62,657 bases of DNA, filler included, from Actinomycetota bacterium (GCA_046725875.1; 5 parts of 5 records of this genome joined end to end with filler, not necessarily neighbours in it), one strand, 5' to 3'; counted from the whole stretch's first letter, positions 1-10,406 are shown. Program-made: numbers and translations. The notes: generated from the letters alone by a model not told the origin.

Positions 1-418
1 GCACGTTGACATAGGTGTCGCCGCTCCCGATCGCGGCCAGAACCGCGGCCAGGTCAACCCACCCGCATGCGTTACCCGAGTCGGGTGCGGTGATCGTTCC
101 CTGCGCCAGGGTGCCGTTCACCACGCCGCTCCCCGGAGCTCCCATGAACAGCGTGACGCCGACCGGGCCGTTGACCCCGACGGCGCCGCAGTGGATGTGC
201 GCCGCGACAGGGTTGCTCAGGTCTTCTACGTTGATCTTGAAGAGCAGCCCGTCATCGCGGAGCTTGAACTTGGCCACGCCGGTGGCCGGGGTGTCCCGCG
301 CCGGAACTTCCTCGTCGCCGGATAGCGTGGCGACGAAGTTGTCGCCCGCCGACGCCGATGGCGCGAACGCCAGGAGCCCCAGCGCCAGCATGAGCACGAG
401 CACGATCGTCCTGCGCAT
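1..418 (-). CDS. Secreted CHRD-domain protein (3' end runs off the window; absent from ORF track)
   Basis: Manual translation from ATG 418 (GGAGGG RBS upstream): MRRTIVLVLMLALGLLAFAPSASAGDNFVATLSGDEEVP...AAHIHCGAVGVNGPV...GDTYVNV. Signal peptide plus CHRD motifs LsGxxEVP, AHIH, YVNV(H). Confidence 0.85.
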   Translation of the reverse strand, partial: MRRTIVLVLMLALGLLAFAPSASAGDNFVATLSGDEEVPARDTPATGVAKFKLRDDGLLFKINVEDLSNPVAAHIHCGAVGVNGPVGVTLFMGAPGSGVVNGTLAQGTITAPDSGNACGWVDLAAVLAAIGSGDTYVNV

Positions 419-442
419 TGCCTTCCCTCCTTGGGTTTGGGT

Positions 443-2008
443 CTACCGCCGGGAGATTTCGTGGATCGCGCCCTGGTCCAGCGAGACCACGACGAGGTCG
501 CCATTCGGGGCGGTCTCGATGTCGGTCACGATCCCGAAGTTCGTGCCGATGAGCAGGCTCTCGCTCTCGGTGATGTCGAACTTGTGGTTGTTGTCCGCGA
601 CCCGGTCCTCCAGCCGCGGGTCATCGACGCCGATCTTTTGACGGTTCCCGGTCAGGTTGAACCTGAAGAGATGTCCGCCCTCGAGGAAGTTGCGGGCGCC
701 ACCCATGAAGAGGTCTCCCTCGAACTCTGGACCCAAGCCCCTCCCGTCGACGAAGCCGATACCACCCGGAGAGACCTCGAACTTCCAGCTGAACTCGGGG
801 GCGCTGTAGCGCGCGCCGGGAAGCATGAGCAGGCGGGACAGTGCCTGCGCCGCTGAATCGGCGATGTTCGTCGGCGGCCATCGAACCTGCTGCAGCCCGA
901 AGTAAACCGTGCCCAGCAGCGGATCAGTGGCGAGGCTGGTCTCGATGGCCTTGTACTGGGCGATACGATCTGGTGGCCCCTGGATCTGGACCCAGCCGGA
1001 GTTGAAGCCCGGGTCGACCCGGTTGAGCTCGCTGAATGTGTCGTCTCCGTTCTCCTGCTCCCACAGTTCGCCGGAGATCGGATCGAAGGCCATCCCGAAG
1101 CCGTTCCGCAAGCCGTAGGCGAAGATCTTCTGAATGTTGGCACCGACCTCGCCCGGGACCTGGGCGCCCGCGTCGAAGAACGGGTTGTCCGATGGCGTGG
1201 TGCCATCGTCATTGAGTCGCAGGATCACCCCGGTGAGGTGGGCGTTGTCAGGCTGGGGGCCACCGAACTGGTCATCAGGCTGGCCCGGCCCGAACGGGCC
1301 GTCGGCGAGATTCTGCAGCTGGCCGCGCCGGCCCCCGTCACCGACGAAGATGTAGAGCTTGCCATCGGGGCCGAACGTGATCACGCCGCCATCGTGATTG
1401 CCGCGTTCCGGCTGGTTGGCGTCCTGCTGCAGGGCGCGAATCCTGATGAGACTCTGCGCGAGGGTCAATGCCGAACCGTCCCAGACGAAGCGATCGACCC
1501 GGTTGCCCAGCAGCGGCGTCTGGCTGAGCACGTCGGTGTCCGCACCCGTGCTGCTCTCTGTCCAATACAGGTAGACGCTCGGGTTCTGTGGAAACTGCGG
1601 ATGCAGGGCGATGCCGAGCAGCCCTCGCTCCGACCCGAAGTTAACCGGCAGGTCCAGGACCGTAGACTGGACGTCACCGGCTACGACACGCTGCACCTTT
1701 CCCGTGTTCTTCTCCAACACCAGCATGTCGTCGGAACCAAGGAACGCCAGGCTGATGGGCGTGACCAGTCCGGTTGCGACAGTCTGCACCGCCAAGTTCG
1801 GGTCAAGGATGACCGGGCCGCTGGCTTGGGCGGTCGCCCGCGGACCGACCATGGATATCGACAGTGCCGCGGCGGCCGCTGTCACCAGCCCGACCGCGGC
1901 GGCTCGCCTGAATATGGGCCGTCGCCGCGCTCCCGGGCCCGGGCGGATCCGGCCGGCTCCCGCGCGCGCGGCGCTTAACATGTCGGTTCGAAAAGTTCGA
2001 TCTCTCAT
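443..2008 (-). CDS. PQQ-dependent sugar dehydrogenase (glucose/sorbosone dehydrogenase family, beta-propeller), secreted
   Basis: Motifs ERGLLGIALHPQF, NHDGGVITFGPDGKLYIFVGDGG, YGLRNGFGMAFDP; Arg-rich/hydrophobic N-terminus ending in an AxA site; start chosen at ATG 2008 after GGGAG. Confidence 0.85.
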   Translation of the reverse strand: MRDRTFRTDMLSAARAGAGRIRPGPGARRRPIFRRAAAVGLVTAAAAALSISMVGPRATAQASGPVILDPNLAVQTVATGLVTPISLAFLGSDDMLVLEKNTGKVQRVVAGDVQSTVLDLPVNFGSERGLLGIALHPQFPQNPSVYLYWTESSTGADTDVLSQTPLLGNRVDRFVWDGSALTLAQSLIRIRALQQDANQPERGNHDGGVITFGPDGKLYIFVGDGGRRGQLQNLADGPFGPGQPDDQFGGPQPDNAHLTGVILRLNDDGTTPSDNPFFDAGAQVPGEVGANIQKIFAYGLRNGFGMAFDPISGELWEQENGDDTFSELNRVDPGFNSGWVQIQGPPDRIAQYKAIETSLATDPLLGTVYFGLQQVRWPPTNIADSAAQALSRLLMLPGARYSAPEFSWKFEVSPGGIGFVDGRGLGPEFEGDLFMGGARNFLEGGHLFRFNLTGNRQKIGVDDPRLEDRVADNNHKFDITESESLLIGTNFGIVTDIETAPNGDLVVVSLDQGAIHEISRR

Positions 2009-2317
2009 CACGAGCTCCCTTCCCGCCGTGTCCCGGTCGGCGGCGATGTGGGAGAGCCACAGCAGAACATCGACCGGGGAAATGCGGGGCGCGACTGGTA
2101 CTCGGTGGCAGATTCCGTCGACAGCCCCTTTCCGCTCGGCAGCCCGTCGCCAGGCGCCGGCTTCGATAAGTAAGTCGGCAACACTTCGAGACCACAAGAA
2201 CGGACACCAGCGCCGCCCGGTTCAACTCGTCGACGGAATCCGTCAGCCCTCCCCGGCGCGGCCAACGCCGCGACGGCGCTACCAGTGTGGCCGCGTCGCT
2301 TCGCTTCCCGTGGGTGC

Positions 2318-3438
2318 CTAGCGCGGGATGTTGCGGAGGTTGGCTCGGGCCAGGTCGAGCATGCGGCCGACCCCGCCATCGAGCACGATCTTGGTGGAGG
2401 CGAGCGCGAAGCCCTTCACCTCGGTGCCAGTGATGTGTGGTGGGATCGACATCGCGTTCGGATCGGTGACGAGATCGACGAGTGCGGGACCGGGATGAGC
2501 CAATGCCTCCTCCAGCCCCGGCACGGATCTCGTCGGGCTTTTCGATCCGTACGGCGTGAATGCCGGCGGCGTCGGCGATCGCCGCGTGGTTCACCGGAGC
2601 ATGGTCGGTGCCGAAGTCGGGAGCCCATCGACGAGCATCTCCAGCTTGACCAATCCCAAGCGACGAGTTGTTGAAAGTGATGATCTTCACCGACAGGTGG
2701 TGGAGCGCGATCGTGAGCAGCTCGCCCAGCAGCATCCCGAGACCGCCATCGCCGGACATCGATATCACCTGGCAGCCGGGGTAGGCGAACTGTGCCCCGA
2801 GCGCGTGCGGCAGGGCTTTGGCCACCGTGCCATGCACGAACGAGCCGATTACGCGCCGCCGGCCGTTCGGGGTGATGTAGCGTGCCGCCCGGACATTGCA
2901 CATACCGGTGTCGACAGTGAAGACCGCGTCGTCCGCGGCAACCTCGTCGAGGATGCGCGCCGCATACTCAGGATGAATCGGGCTGGTGCCGCTCGACATC
3001 GTGGGTTTAGGCGTCGACGACGTGTTCGAGCTTGCGTGCCTGCTCGTGGAGCATCCGGTCCAGGAATGACCGGTCGGTCTTTTGCCAGATGAGCGGCAGT
3101 ACAGCCCGCAGCGTCGCAGCGACGCTGCCGTGGACGGCCAGCTTGAGCGGCGTCCGGCGGCCGCGCCGCGCGGGGTCATGGTCGACCTGGATCGTACGTG
3201 CATTGGAGAGGATTGCGTCGTAGGGAAAGTTCGTGCCCAGTAGCAGCAGCACGTCGGCGTCGTGCATCGCGTCATAACAGGCGCCGTAGCCGAGCAGTCC
3301 AGTCATCCCGGCGTCGTACGGGTTGTCGTACTGTATCCAGTCCTTGCCCCGCAGGGAGTGCCCAATCGGGCTGTGGAGCTTGGCAGCGAGCTGCATCACT
3401 TCGGTGTGGGCGCCCTCGACGCCGGCGCCGCAGAACAT
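2318..3438 (-). pseudogene. poxB: Pyruvate dehydrogenase/oxidase (PoxB-type, ThDP/FAD), 5'-truncated and frameshifted
   Basis: Fragments in several frames: GMTGLLGYGA, premature TAA at 3007-3009, PIHPEY..DTGM, ThDP motif GDGG..NN, C-terminus GPALVDLVTDPNAMSIPP; N-terminal domain missing. Confidence 0.85.
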
Positions 3439-3444
3439 CGGACC

Positions 3445-3545
3445 CCGGTCAGCCGCAGCGCCGCGCCGTAAAACCGGGGCAGCAACGGAACCGCCTCGGC
3501 CTCAAACCGGGCCCGCAACTCCACCGCACTCGACACCGACCTCAT
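3445..3545 (-). pseudogene. 5' fragment of a SigH/SigR-like ECF sigma factor
   Basis: MRSVSSAVELRARFEAEAVPLLPRFYGAALRLT resembles the start of ECF region 2, then breaks into poxB sequence. Confidence 0.55.
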
Positions 3546-3701
3546 GCCACGAGCATCACCCCCCACCCACCCCCACGTCGTCACGGCAAGCGCCCATCCC
3601 ACCCCCCCGCTAGCCAGAGTCTCGACCTAACCGCCGACCGGAAGCCCAAATGGCTTATCGACCGGGTGCAGGATCACCCCGCTGGCCATGTTGGTGGCTT
3701 G

Positions 3702-5150
3702 TCAGCCCGCTCTTTGCTCAGACCGGTCGCCGGACCACAGTGTGTGGAAGACACCCTCGCGATCGACGCGATGGTAGGTGTGCGCTCCGAAGAAGTCGCG
3801 CAAGCCCTGAACCAGAGCGGCCGGGAGCCGCTCACGCCGTACCGTGTCGTAGTAAGCCAACGCGGAGCTGAAGCCCGGAACGGGCACGCCCTGAGTTGCG
3901 GCCAGCGCAACGGTCCGGCGCCACCCGTCTTGGCACGCAGCCATTTCCTCCGCGACATCGGGGGCGGCTAGCAAGGTTGGCAGATCCCGGTCGGTGTACG
4001 CCTGACGGATGCGCTCGAGCAGGCGCGCCCGGATGATGCAGCCGGCTCGCCAAATCTTGGCCACGGTGGCCGGGTCCACCCCCCAGTCGTAGGTCTCGCT
4101 GGCAGCCCGCAGCTGCTCAAGTCCCTGGGCGTAGGCCACCACCTTCGCAGACCACAACGCGGCCCGGACGTCCTCGACCAGCTGCTTGACGTCGTCCACC
4201 GCCTCGCCGCCAGGCCCCGCGAGCGCTGATCTCGCGGCCGCCCGGAGCCGGGTGTCGCCCGAGGCGGATCGCGCGAACACAGCCTCGGCGATGGCGTTGA
4301 CCGGAACGCCGAGCTCGAGTGCGGTCTGCACCGTCCAGCGACCGGTGCCCTTCTGCTCGGCCACGTCCGCGACCACATCCACAAACGGCTTTCCGGTAGC
4401 CAGGTCAACGTGGCGGAGCACATCTGCCGTGATCTGGATGAGATACGAGTCAAGGTCCCCGTCGTTCCACTCCTCGAACACCGTCGCGATCCGGGTTGGC
4501 TCGAGCCCTGCGGCGCGGAGAATGTTGTACGCCTCCGAAATGAATTGCATGTCGGCGTATTCGATGCCGTTGTGGACCATCTTGACGAAGTGGCCCGCGC
4601 CGTTGGGGCCCATGTAGGCGCAGCATGGCTCCCCGTCGAACCTCGCCGCGATGTCCTCGAGCAACGGGCCCAGGGCGGCATAGGACTCGCGGGACCCGCC
4701 GGGCATGATGCTCGGTCCGTGCAGGGCGCCTTCCTCACCACCGGAGATGCCGGTGCCCACGAAGTGCAGCCCGCGCTCGCGCAGCGCCGCTTCCCGCCGC
4801 CGGGTGTCCTCGAAGTGGGCATTTCCGCCGTCCACGAGAATGTCGCCCGGCTCCAGGTGCGGCACGAGATGGTCGATCGTTGCATCGGTCGGCGCCCCCG
4901 CCTTGACCATCATCAGTATCCGCCGTGGATGGTTCAGACTGGAGACGAAGTCCTCCACCGCTGCGGACGGGATGAAGGTCCCCTCCATTGCGTGGGCGGC
5001 GATGAAGTCTCCAGTGCGTGCAGGGGTGCGATTGTGCACCGCGACGGGATGCCCGTGCCTAGCGAAGTTGCGGGCAAGGTTGCTGCCCATCACGGCGAGG
5101 CCGAACACTCCGATGTCGGCAGTGGCCGTAGCTGGTCTCTCAACATCCAT
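3702..5150 (-). CDS. gndA: NADP-dependent 6-phosphogluconate dehydrogenase (decarboxylating)
   Basis: GLAVMGSNLA, SGGEEGA, VKMVHNGIEY, QKGTG, RDFFGAHTY; 482 aa. Confidence 0.96.
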   Translation of the reverse strand: MDVERPATATADIGVFGLAVMGSNLARNFARHGHPVAVHNRTPARTGDFIAAHAMEGTFIPSAAVEDFVSSLNHPRRILMMVKAGAPTDATIDHLVPHLEPGDILVDGGNAHFEDTRRREAALRERGLHFVGTGISGGEEGALHGPSIMPGGSRESYAALGPLLEDIAARFDGEPCCAYMGPNGAGHFVKMVHNGIEYADMQFISEAYNILRAAGLEPTRIATVFEEWNDGDLDSYLIQITADVLRHVDLATGKPFVDVVADVAEQKGTGRWTVQTALELGVPVNAIAEAVFARSASGDTRLRAAARSALAGPGGEAVDDVKQLVEDVRAALWSAKVVAYAQGLEQLRAASETYDWGVDPATVAKIWRAGCIIRARLLERIRQAYTDRDLPTLLAAPDVAEEMAACQDGWRRTVALAATQGVPVPGFSSALAYYDTVRRERLPAALVQGLRDFFGAHTYHRVDREGVFHTLWSGDRSEQRAG

Positions 5151-5248
5151 CTCAAGCCAACCTCATTCGATCAGCGACTCTTTCTCCGTCGTGCGTTTGG
5201 GGGCACCGCCCGGGGCCTGAGCATCAATGCCGGCGAGGGAGCGATACG

Positions 5249-5983
5249 CTAACCGGCCCACACGCCGATCCGCTGGAACTCCAAGGGAATCTCGATGAAG
5301 ATCAGCTCGGAGTCGTCGACCGCCGTCAGCGCCAAGTCCTCGGGCCCGGCCAGCTTGGCGGCGTCGCCGCGGCGGAGCGTCTCGTCCCCGAGCCGCAGCT
5401 CGCCGTCGAGCACGTACAGGTAGCCGCCCCTGTCGGCGCCGAGCGCGTGATCGGCTCGGTCACCAGCCGTCAGCCGGGCGACCAGCACCCGGGCGTCCTG
5501 GGCCAGATCCAGCCCGTCCTCGCCGACCGGACCCATGATCTGCAGGAGCCGCCCGCGCCGGTCGGCCTCGGTGTACTGCCGCTGCTGAACCGTACTCTCC
5601 AGGCCCGCCTGGCTGGGCAGGATCCAGAACTGGAGGAACCGCATGCCTTCGGTCTGAGATCCGTTGCGCTCCGAGTGCCGCGCGCCACGGCTGGAGAACC
5701 GCATTACCTGTGCGGCGCCAGACTCCAGCCGACCGTCGTTACCGAGCGAGTCCTCGTGGGCGAACGATCCTTCCACGACATAGGTGCAGCTCTCGATGTC
5801 CCGGTGAGGGTGCAGCGGCCAGACCGCACCCGGCTGCAACCGGTCGTCGTTGAACACCCGCAAGGCGCCGACACCCATATGTGCCGGGTCGTAGTAGTGG
5901 TCGAACGAGAAGTGCCAGCGGGCCTGGAACCAGTCACCGTCGATCGCGTAGATCTCCTTGTCGCGCCGGATCTCCACAGTCAT
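5249..5983 (-). CDS. Pirin-family (YhhW-like) bicupin protein
   Basis: HFSFDHYYDP, LRVFNDD, HPHRDIE, HEDSLGN, HSERN, QFWILP; ATG 5983 with GAGGAGG RBS. Confidence 0.9.
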   Translation of the reverse strand: MTVEIRRDKEIYAIDGDWFQARWHFSFDHYYDPAHMGVGALRVFNDDRLQPGAVWPLHPHRDIESCTYVVEGSFAHEDSLGNDGRLESGAAQVMRFSSRGARHSERNGSQTEGMRFLQFWILPSQAGLESTVQQRQYTEADRRGRLLQIMGPVGEDGLDLAQDARVLVARLTAGDRADHALGADRGGYLYVLDGELRLGDETLRRGDAAKLAGPEDLALTAVDDSELIFIEIPLEFQRIGVWAG

Positions 5984-6175
5984 GTCAGAGCCCTCCTCTC
6001 TACCGCCTATGGTCGACCGCGTCACGGGCTTGACAGTCAGCGGCCCGCTCTTCGATCTTCCTGGGCGAGCTAATGCCCGCGGCAGCCGTCGAACGGGCGA
6101 TTGAGGCCGTTCGGCTCCGGGTACTGCTCGAAACGCCTGGATGACCTGCAATTCGCGGGAGGACGGAGGCGAGAG

Positions 6176-7867
6176 ATGAAGAGGCGCGTTCTGCCCCTGG
6201 CGGCCGCCGCTGTGCTTGTACTTGGCGGCCCCGCGACACCATCCCTGGCGCAGGCAGACGTCAGGGTGACCAACGATGACACCGCAGGCAGCTACCTACG
6301 CTCGGACGGGGGGTCCGACGAGACCATGCGGCGCTGCAGCGAAGGGCGGCGTCAGCAGAACGAGCCGACTGTTGCGGTCGATCCGTCCAACACCGATGTC
6401 GTGGTCGCGGGGTCGAACGACTACTGCGCCGCGATCGTCAACGGTGAGGTTTGGGCTGGTTACTACCGCTCCGAGGACGGCGGGGCCACCTGGACCAACA
6501 GCCTGGTGCCGGGCTATCCGGACGACGAGTCCGAAGCGGGACAGGCCTCCCCGGCGCACGGGAAGTGCGCAGCGGCGGGCGACCCGACGCAGGCGTTCGA
6601 CACCGATGGAAGGCTCTTCTACGGGTTCATCTGCTTCAACCGCTCCGGCCCGGTGAACGGCTCGGTCTACGTCGCCAGGTACACAGGTCACGGCGCAGCG
6701 TATGACCGGACGGTGCTGGTGAAGCGGGGAACTCCCTCCGGCCTGTTCCTGTCCGGGCTGTTCCAGGACAAGATCAACATCACGGTAGACCAGACGGCCG
6801 GCCCGACCTCGGGCAACGTGTACGTTGCCTGGTCCCAGTACAACGGGTTCGCGCCGAACAACGCCGTGCTCTTTTCACGCTCCACCGACCACGGGCTCAC
6901 GTACTCCAATCCGTTCAAGGTCACGCCGAAGGAGCGCGGCACCGCCTCGTTCACCGATCTGGCCGTCGGACCCGACGGCACCGTATGGCTCACGTACCTC
7001 ACCTACGAGTCGCCGAGCCGTCCCACCGCCGACGTCTGGCTGCTGAAGTCGACCGACGCCGGTGTCTCTTTCGAAGAGCCGATTCACATCGCCTCGATCA
7101 CGCGGTTCGACTCGGACCAGTTCAGCGGCACCACCGGGACGGTTGACTGCGGCGATGGGCCGTTCGCGTGCCAGAGCGGCTTCACATACTCGCGTTTCTT
7201 CAGCTCCTCAGCAGTCACCGCAGACGCAGCCGGCGTACACGTGGTCTGGGCCTCTGAGCTCCCCAGCGGCCAGTCGAAGGTGTTTGTCCGCAACTCGGCG
7301 GACGGCGGCGCCACGTGGACAGATGCGGCCACCATCGACAACGCTCCCGTCGGCCACCAATGGTTCCCCGACGTCGCATCAGCGGACGGCACGATCACGG
7401 CTGTCTTCTATGACTCTCGCAGCGACCCCGCGTACTCGCCAGACCGCCCGCCCGGCAACAACGCCGAAGGGGTGAACTCCGGGAATGTCGTGCGCGCACT
7501 GCTGGCCCAGTCCAGCGATGGCGGCAAGACATGGAGCGAAACCCCGGCCAGCTCGGCAGGCAGCAACTTCGGCTGGGAGACCCACAGCTCCAGGCGAGTT
7601 GGATTCTGGGGCGACTACAACTACGCCTCGGCGGTGCCTGGTGCCGTGCAGGTCGTCTGGACCGACTCGCGTGACCTGGTGCCGGGAACCGATCCGCGCG
7701 AGGTTGGCGAGGACGACGATGCAGACGGCTTTGACGTCCTTCAGCCGTGCACCTACGTGCCGAACGACATCAACGCCCCCTCCTACACCTCCCCCACCAT
7801 CGCAGATCCCTGCCTGGACAAGGGTGGCCTCGACCAGAACATCTACAGCCTGCGCTTGTCAGATTGA
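6176..7867 (+). CDS. Secreted sialidase-like/BNR (Asp-box) repeat beta-propeller protein
   Basis: Signal peptide MKRRVLPLAAAAVLV..SLA; repeated Asp-boxes SEDGGATW, STDHGLTY, STDAGVSF, SADGGATW, SSDGGKTW; FWGDY. Confidence 0.8.
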   Translation: MKRRVLPLAAAAVLVLGGPATPSLAQADVRVTNDDTAGSYLRSDGGSDETMRRCSEGRRQQNEPTVAVDPSNTDVVVAGSNDYCAAIVNGEVWAGYYRSEDGGATWTNSLVPGYPDDESEAGQASPAHGKCAAAGDPTQAFDTDGRLFYGFICFNRSGPVNGSVYVARYTGHGAAYDRTVLVKRGTPSGLFLSGLFQDKINITVDQTAGPTSGNVYVAWSQYNGFAPNNAVLFSRSTDHGLTYSNPFKVTPKERGTASFTDLAVGPDGTVWLTYLTYESPSRPTADVWLLKSTDAGVSFEEPIHIASITRFDSDQFSGTTGTVDCGDGPFACQSGFTYSRFFSSSAVTADAAGVHVVWASELPSGQSKVFVRNSADGGATWTDAATIDNAPVGHQWFPDVASADGTITAVFYDSRSDPAYSPDRPPGNNAEGVNSGNVVRALLAQSSDGGKTWSETPASSAGSNFGWETHSSRRVGFWGDYNYASAVPGAVQVVWTDSRDLVPGTDPREVGEDDDADGFDVLQPCTYVPNDINAPSYTSPTIADPCLDKGGLDQNIYSLRLSD

Positions 7868-7870
7868 GCC

Positions 7871-7912
7871 GAACGGCGGAACGGGGAGGGCGCCCTCCCC
7901 GTTCCGCTGTTC
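7871..7912. terminator. Strong GC hairpin between convergent genes (probable bidirectional terminator)
   Basis: GAACGGCGGAACGGGGAGGG-CG-CCCTCCCCGTTCCGCTGTTC: 20-bp arms with one G-U pair, 3 nt after a stop codon. Confidence 0.75.
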
Positions 7913-7928
7913 CTCACCGGAAGGCCGG

Positions 7929-10406
7929 TCAGGCCCAAACGACCGGTCGGCTCGTCGCTCCTCCGAACGTGAAACTGCGTGACGTCGAACCGCTGGTCAG
8001 ACGGTTGCGTAGCAGCCACTGTCCCTTCCGGTAGACGCCGATCTCATCGCGTCCGTCGCGGTCCCACTCGCCGACGACCGGGACGTCACCGGTGGTTCCG
8101 TAGGAGAACCGATAGGTCGCGACCCCTGTCGAGTTGGAGTTGCGCAGGGCCCAGCTTCCATTGCGGAAGACGCCGACCGAGTCGCGCCCGTCGCCGTCCC
8201 AGTCGCCGGTGACCGGCTGTGAGCCCGTGCTCCCGAAGGTGAAGTCCAGGTTGGCCGGACCCGTGCTCAGCGAGTTGCGGAGAAGCCAGCGCCCGCTGCG
8301 GAAGACCCCGATCGTGTCCCGGCCGTCACCGTCCCAGTCTCCGGCTACCGGCAGGTCGCCCGCTTGTCCGAAAGTGAAAGTGATTCGCGTGGTCGTGGTC
8401 CAGTTCTTGCGGACGATCCACGTACCGTCGCGGAACACGGCGGGCGATAGGGTCCCGTTCCCGTCCCAGTCGCCCATGAGCTTGGGGTCGGTGCTGCGCC
8501 CGAAGGTGAACGTCGTGGTGGCCGGGCCGCCGGATAGCGACGATCGCAGCTTCCACACGTTGCCGTCGACGACGCCGGGGCGGGACTGGCGCGGTGGCAC
8601 GACGACGATCGGGAAGGATTCGAAGCCGACGACCACCTTGTCGACGATCGCCCGCGCCCTCCTCTTGTACGTCGTAACACCGGTTTTCGTTTCGCGCTCA
8701 ACGGTAAGCGCCACGTTGACCGAGTCGTTCGGCACCGTCCCACGCAACTGGCTGAGCAGTTGATCGAAGCTGCCGGGTTCGGCCGGGAAGCTGTCCCCTG
8801 GACCGCCGACGATGTCCACCGAGCCGGCCCCACCCGCCGTGTCGGGCGGAACGACGACCGACAGGTCGACGTTTCGCAGCGAGCCGAGGTTCTTGTGCGG
8901 CCTCAGCACAACCCGGAGGTTGAGCCGGGTTCCGGCCACGACCTCAAGGGGCTGATCGGATGGCGCTGGAACGAACTGGCCATTGGGTTTGCGAATGAGG
9001 ACCGAGTCGATCGAGTAGTCGGTGTACACGCTATTGACAGACCCGGTGAAGGAGACGTTCGTGATCCTCGCGTCCTCGAACCTGTTCGCGTTGATGGCGA
9101 ACAGTTGATCGGCAGGCTGGAAGGCCGACTCGAACGAGATATCGAAGGGGCTGGCGTACCGGTTACGAACAGCGACACTGAACGGTGCACCGGAGGCCCG
9201 AGTACCTTCGATGGTCCAACGGAGCTCCGACGTCCCGGCGCCGATCCGGTCGCCGACCCGGTCCATGTTCAGAAGGAGGTGGACAAACGCGACATCGGGC
9301 AGGAAGTCGGGCAGGTTCCCTCTGGTTGTGGCCGATCGGGTAACGCCGCCAGGATCGGTCGACGTTATCTGGGAGTTGATCGGCACCGAGGGCGGGGTGG
9401 GACCGAGCAGGCTGCGAACTCCAGCCCACCGGTCCTGGTCCAGGGTGCCGACGATGCCGCCCGGGTTGGCGACCTTGAACCGCGTCAGCGTCGGGTCCGG
9501 CTGCACATAAACCGCGTTCGCGGTGTGCACACTCATCGATGACGCGCCAGTGAACAGGAACGGGTGACCGAACGCGAGGGCAAAGTCGCGTCCGTTGGCG
9601 TCCGTGCACACTGCCGTGGTGGAGCCCACACCGGCAATAGTCACGTCGCCGTACGAGATCGCGGCGGCGAAGTTGCTGCCGGGGAAGATCGCCGACGGAT
9701 CGGCGGGCGTTCCGGTCCCGGCTGTCCCCGCGGCATAGACCCGTGTTTCTGGCACCTTCTTCTGCAGCCGGGCGGCTACCTCATCCAGGTGCGCCTGGTT
9801 CACGCCAGAAACGCCGAGCGGGATCGGAAGCCGCGTCATGCCATCGGCCACCTCGGTCGCGGTCGCAGCCCCTGATGCGATCAACCGTTGCTTGAGACCC
9901 GTCGGCAGCGCGACCTTCTCGGCCAGCTGGGCGGCAGCACCGGGACGATCGAGCAATGCATACATGTCCTCGGCTGGGGTGACGCCGGCAATAGGCGACG
10001 GCCCGAACGACAAACCGTACGCAACGGCGCCGATGAGCCGACCGTCATTTGCATAGACGGGCGAGCCGGACATGCCGGCCCAGATCCCGCCCGCGCGCTG
10101 GATCGCCGGTGAGTCAGTCTCCACGATGACCATGTCGAGGCCCGGGGCGATGCCGTCGTCGATAACGCCGACGACCGTCGCAGCGAACGGATCCGGCACG
10201 GTGCCCTTTTCGACGGTGAGCCCGGTTGCCGGTATACCTGCTGTCAACCCCGAGACGGGGAAGGGGTCCGGGCATGAGTCCGAGACTTGGGCCGCAGCCG
10301 GTGATGCGGCAGGTCCGCCGGCCAGTCCCGGGACGAATGCGATAACGCTGACTGCGGCGACCACCGCGACCCTCCGCCGATGCACCCGGCCAGAAGTGAG
10401 ACTCAT
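7929..10406 (-). CDS. Secreted SpoIVB-like peptidase S55 domain protein with C-terminal GDWDGDG (FG-GAP/VCBS-like) repeats
   Basis: GIWAGMSGSPVY, LIGAVAYG, AFGHPF; four GDWDGDGRDxIGVFRxGxWxLRN-type repeats; signal peptide. Confidence 0.8.
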   Translation of the reverse strand: MSLTSGRVHRRRVAVVAAVSVIAFVPGLAGGPAASPAAAQVSDSCPDPFPVSGLTAGIPATGLTVEKGTVPDPFAATVVGVIDDGIAPGLDMVIVETDSPAIQRAGGIWAGMSGSPVYANDGRLIGAVAYGLSFGPSPIAGVTPAEDMYALLDRPGAAAQLAEKVALPTGLKQRLIASGAATATEVADGMTRLPIPLGVSGVNQAHLDEVAARLQKKVPETRVYAAGTAGTGTPADPSAIFPGSNFAAAISYGDVTIAGVGSTTAVCTDANGRDFALAFGHPFLFTGASSMSVHTANAVYVQPDPTLTRFKVANPGGIVGTLDQDRWAGVRSLLGPTPPSVPINSQITSTDPGGVTRSATTRGNLPDFLPDVAFVHLLLNMDRVGDRIGAGTSELRWTIEGTRASGAPFSVAVRNRYASPFDISFESAFQPADQLFAINANRFEDARITNVSFTGSVNSVYTDYSIDSVLIRKPNGQFVPAPSDQPLEVVAGTRLNLRVVLRPHKNLGSLRNVDLSVVVPPDTAGGAGSVDIVGGPGDSFPAEPGSFDQLLSQLRGTVPNDSVNVALTVERETKTGVTTYKRRARAIVDKVVVGFESFPIVVVPPRQSRPGVVDGNVWKLRSSLSGGPATTTFTFGRSTDPKLMGDWDGNGTLSPAVFRDGTWIVRKNWTTTTRITFTFGQAGDLPVAGDWDGDGRDTIGVFRSGRWLLRNSLSTGPANLDFTFGSTGSQPVTGDWDGDGRDSVGVFRNGSWALRNSNSTGVATYRFSYGTTGDVPVVGEWDRDGRDEIGVYRKGQWLLRNRLTSGSTSRSFTFGGATSRPVVWA

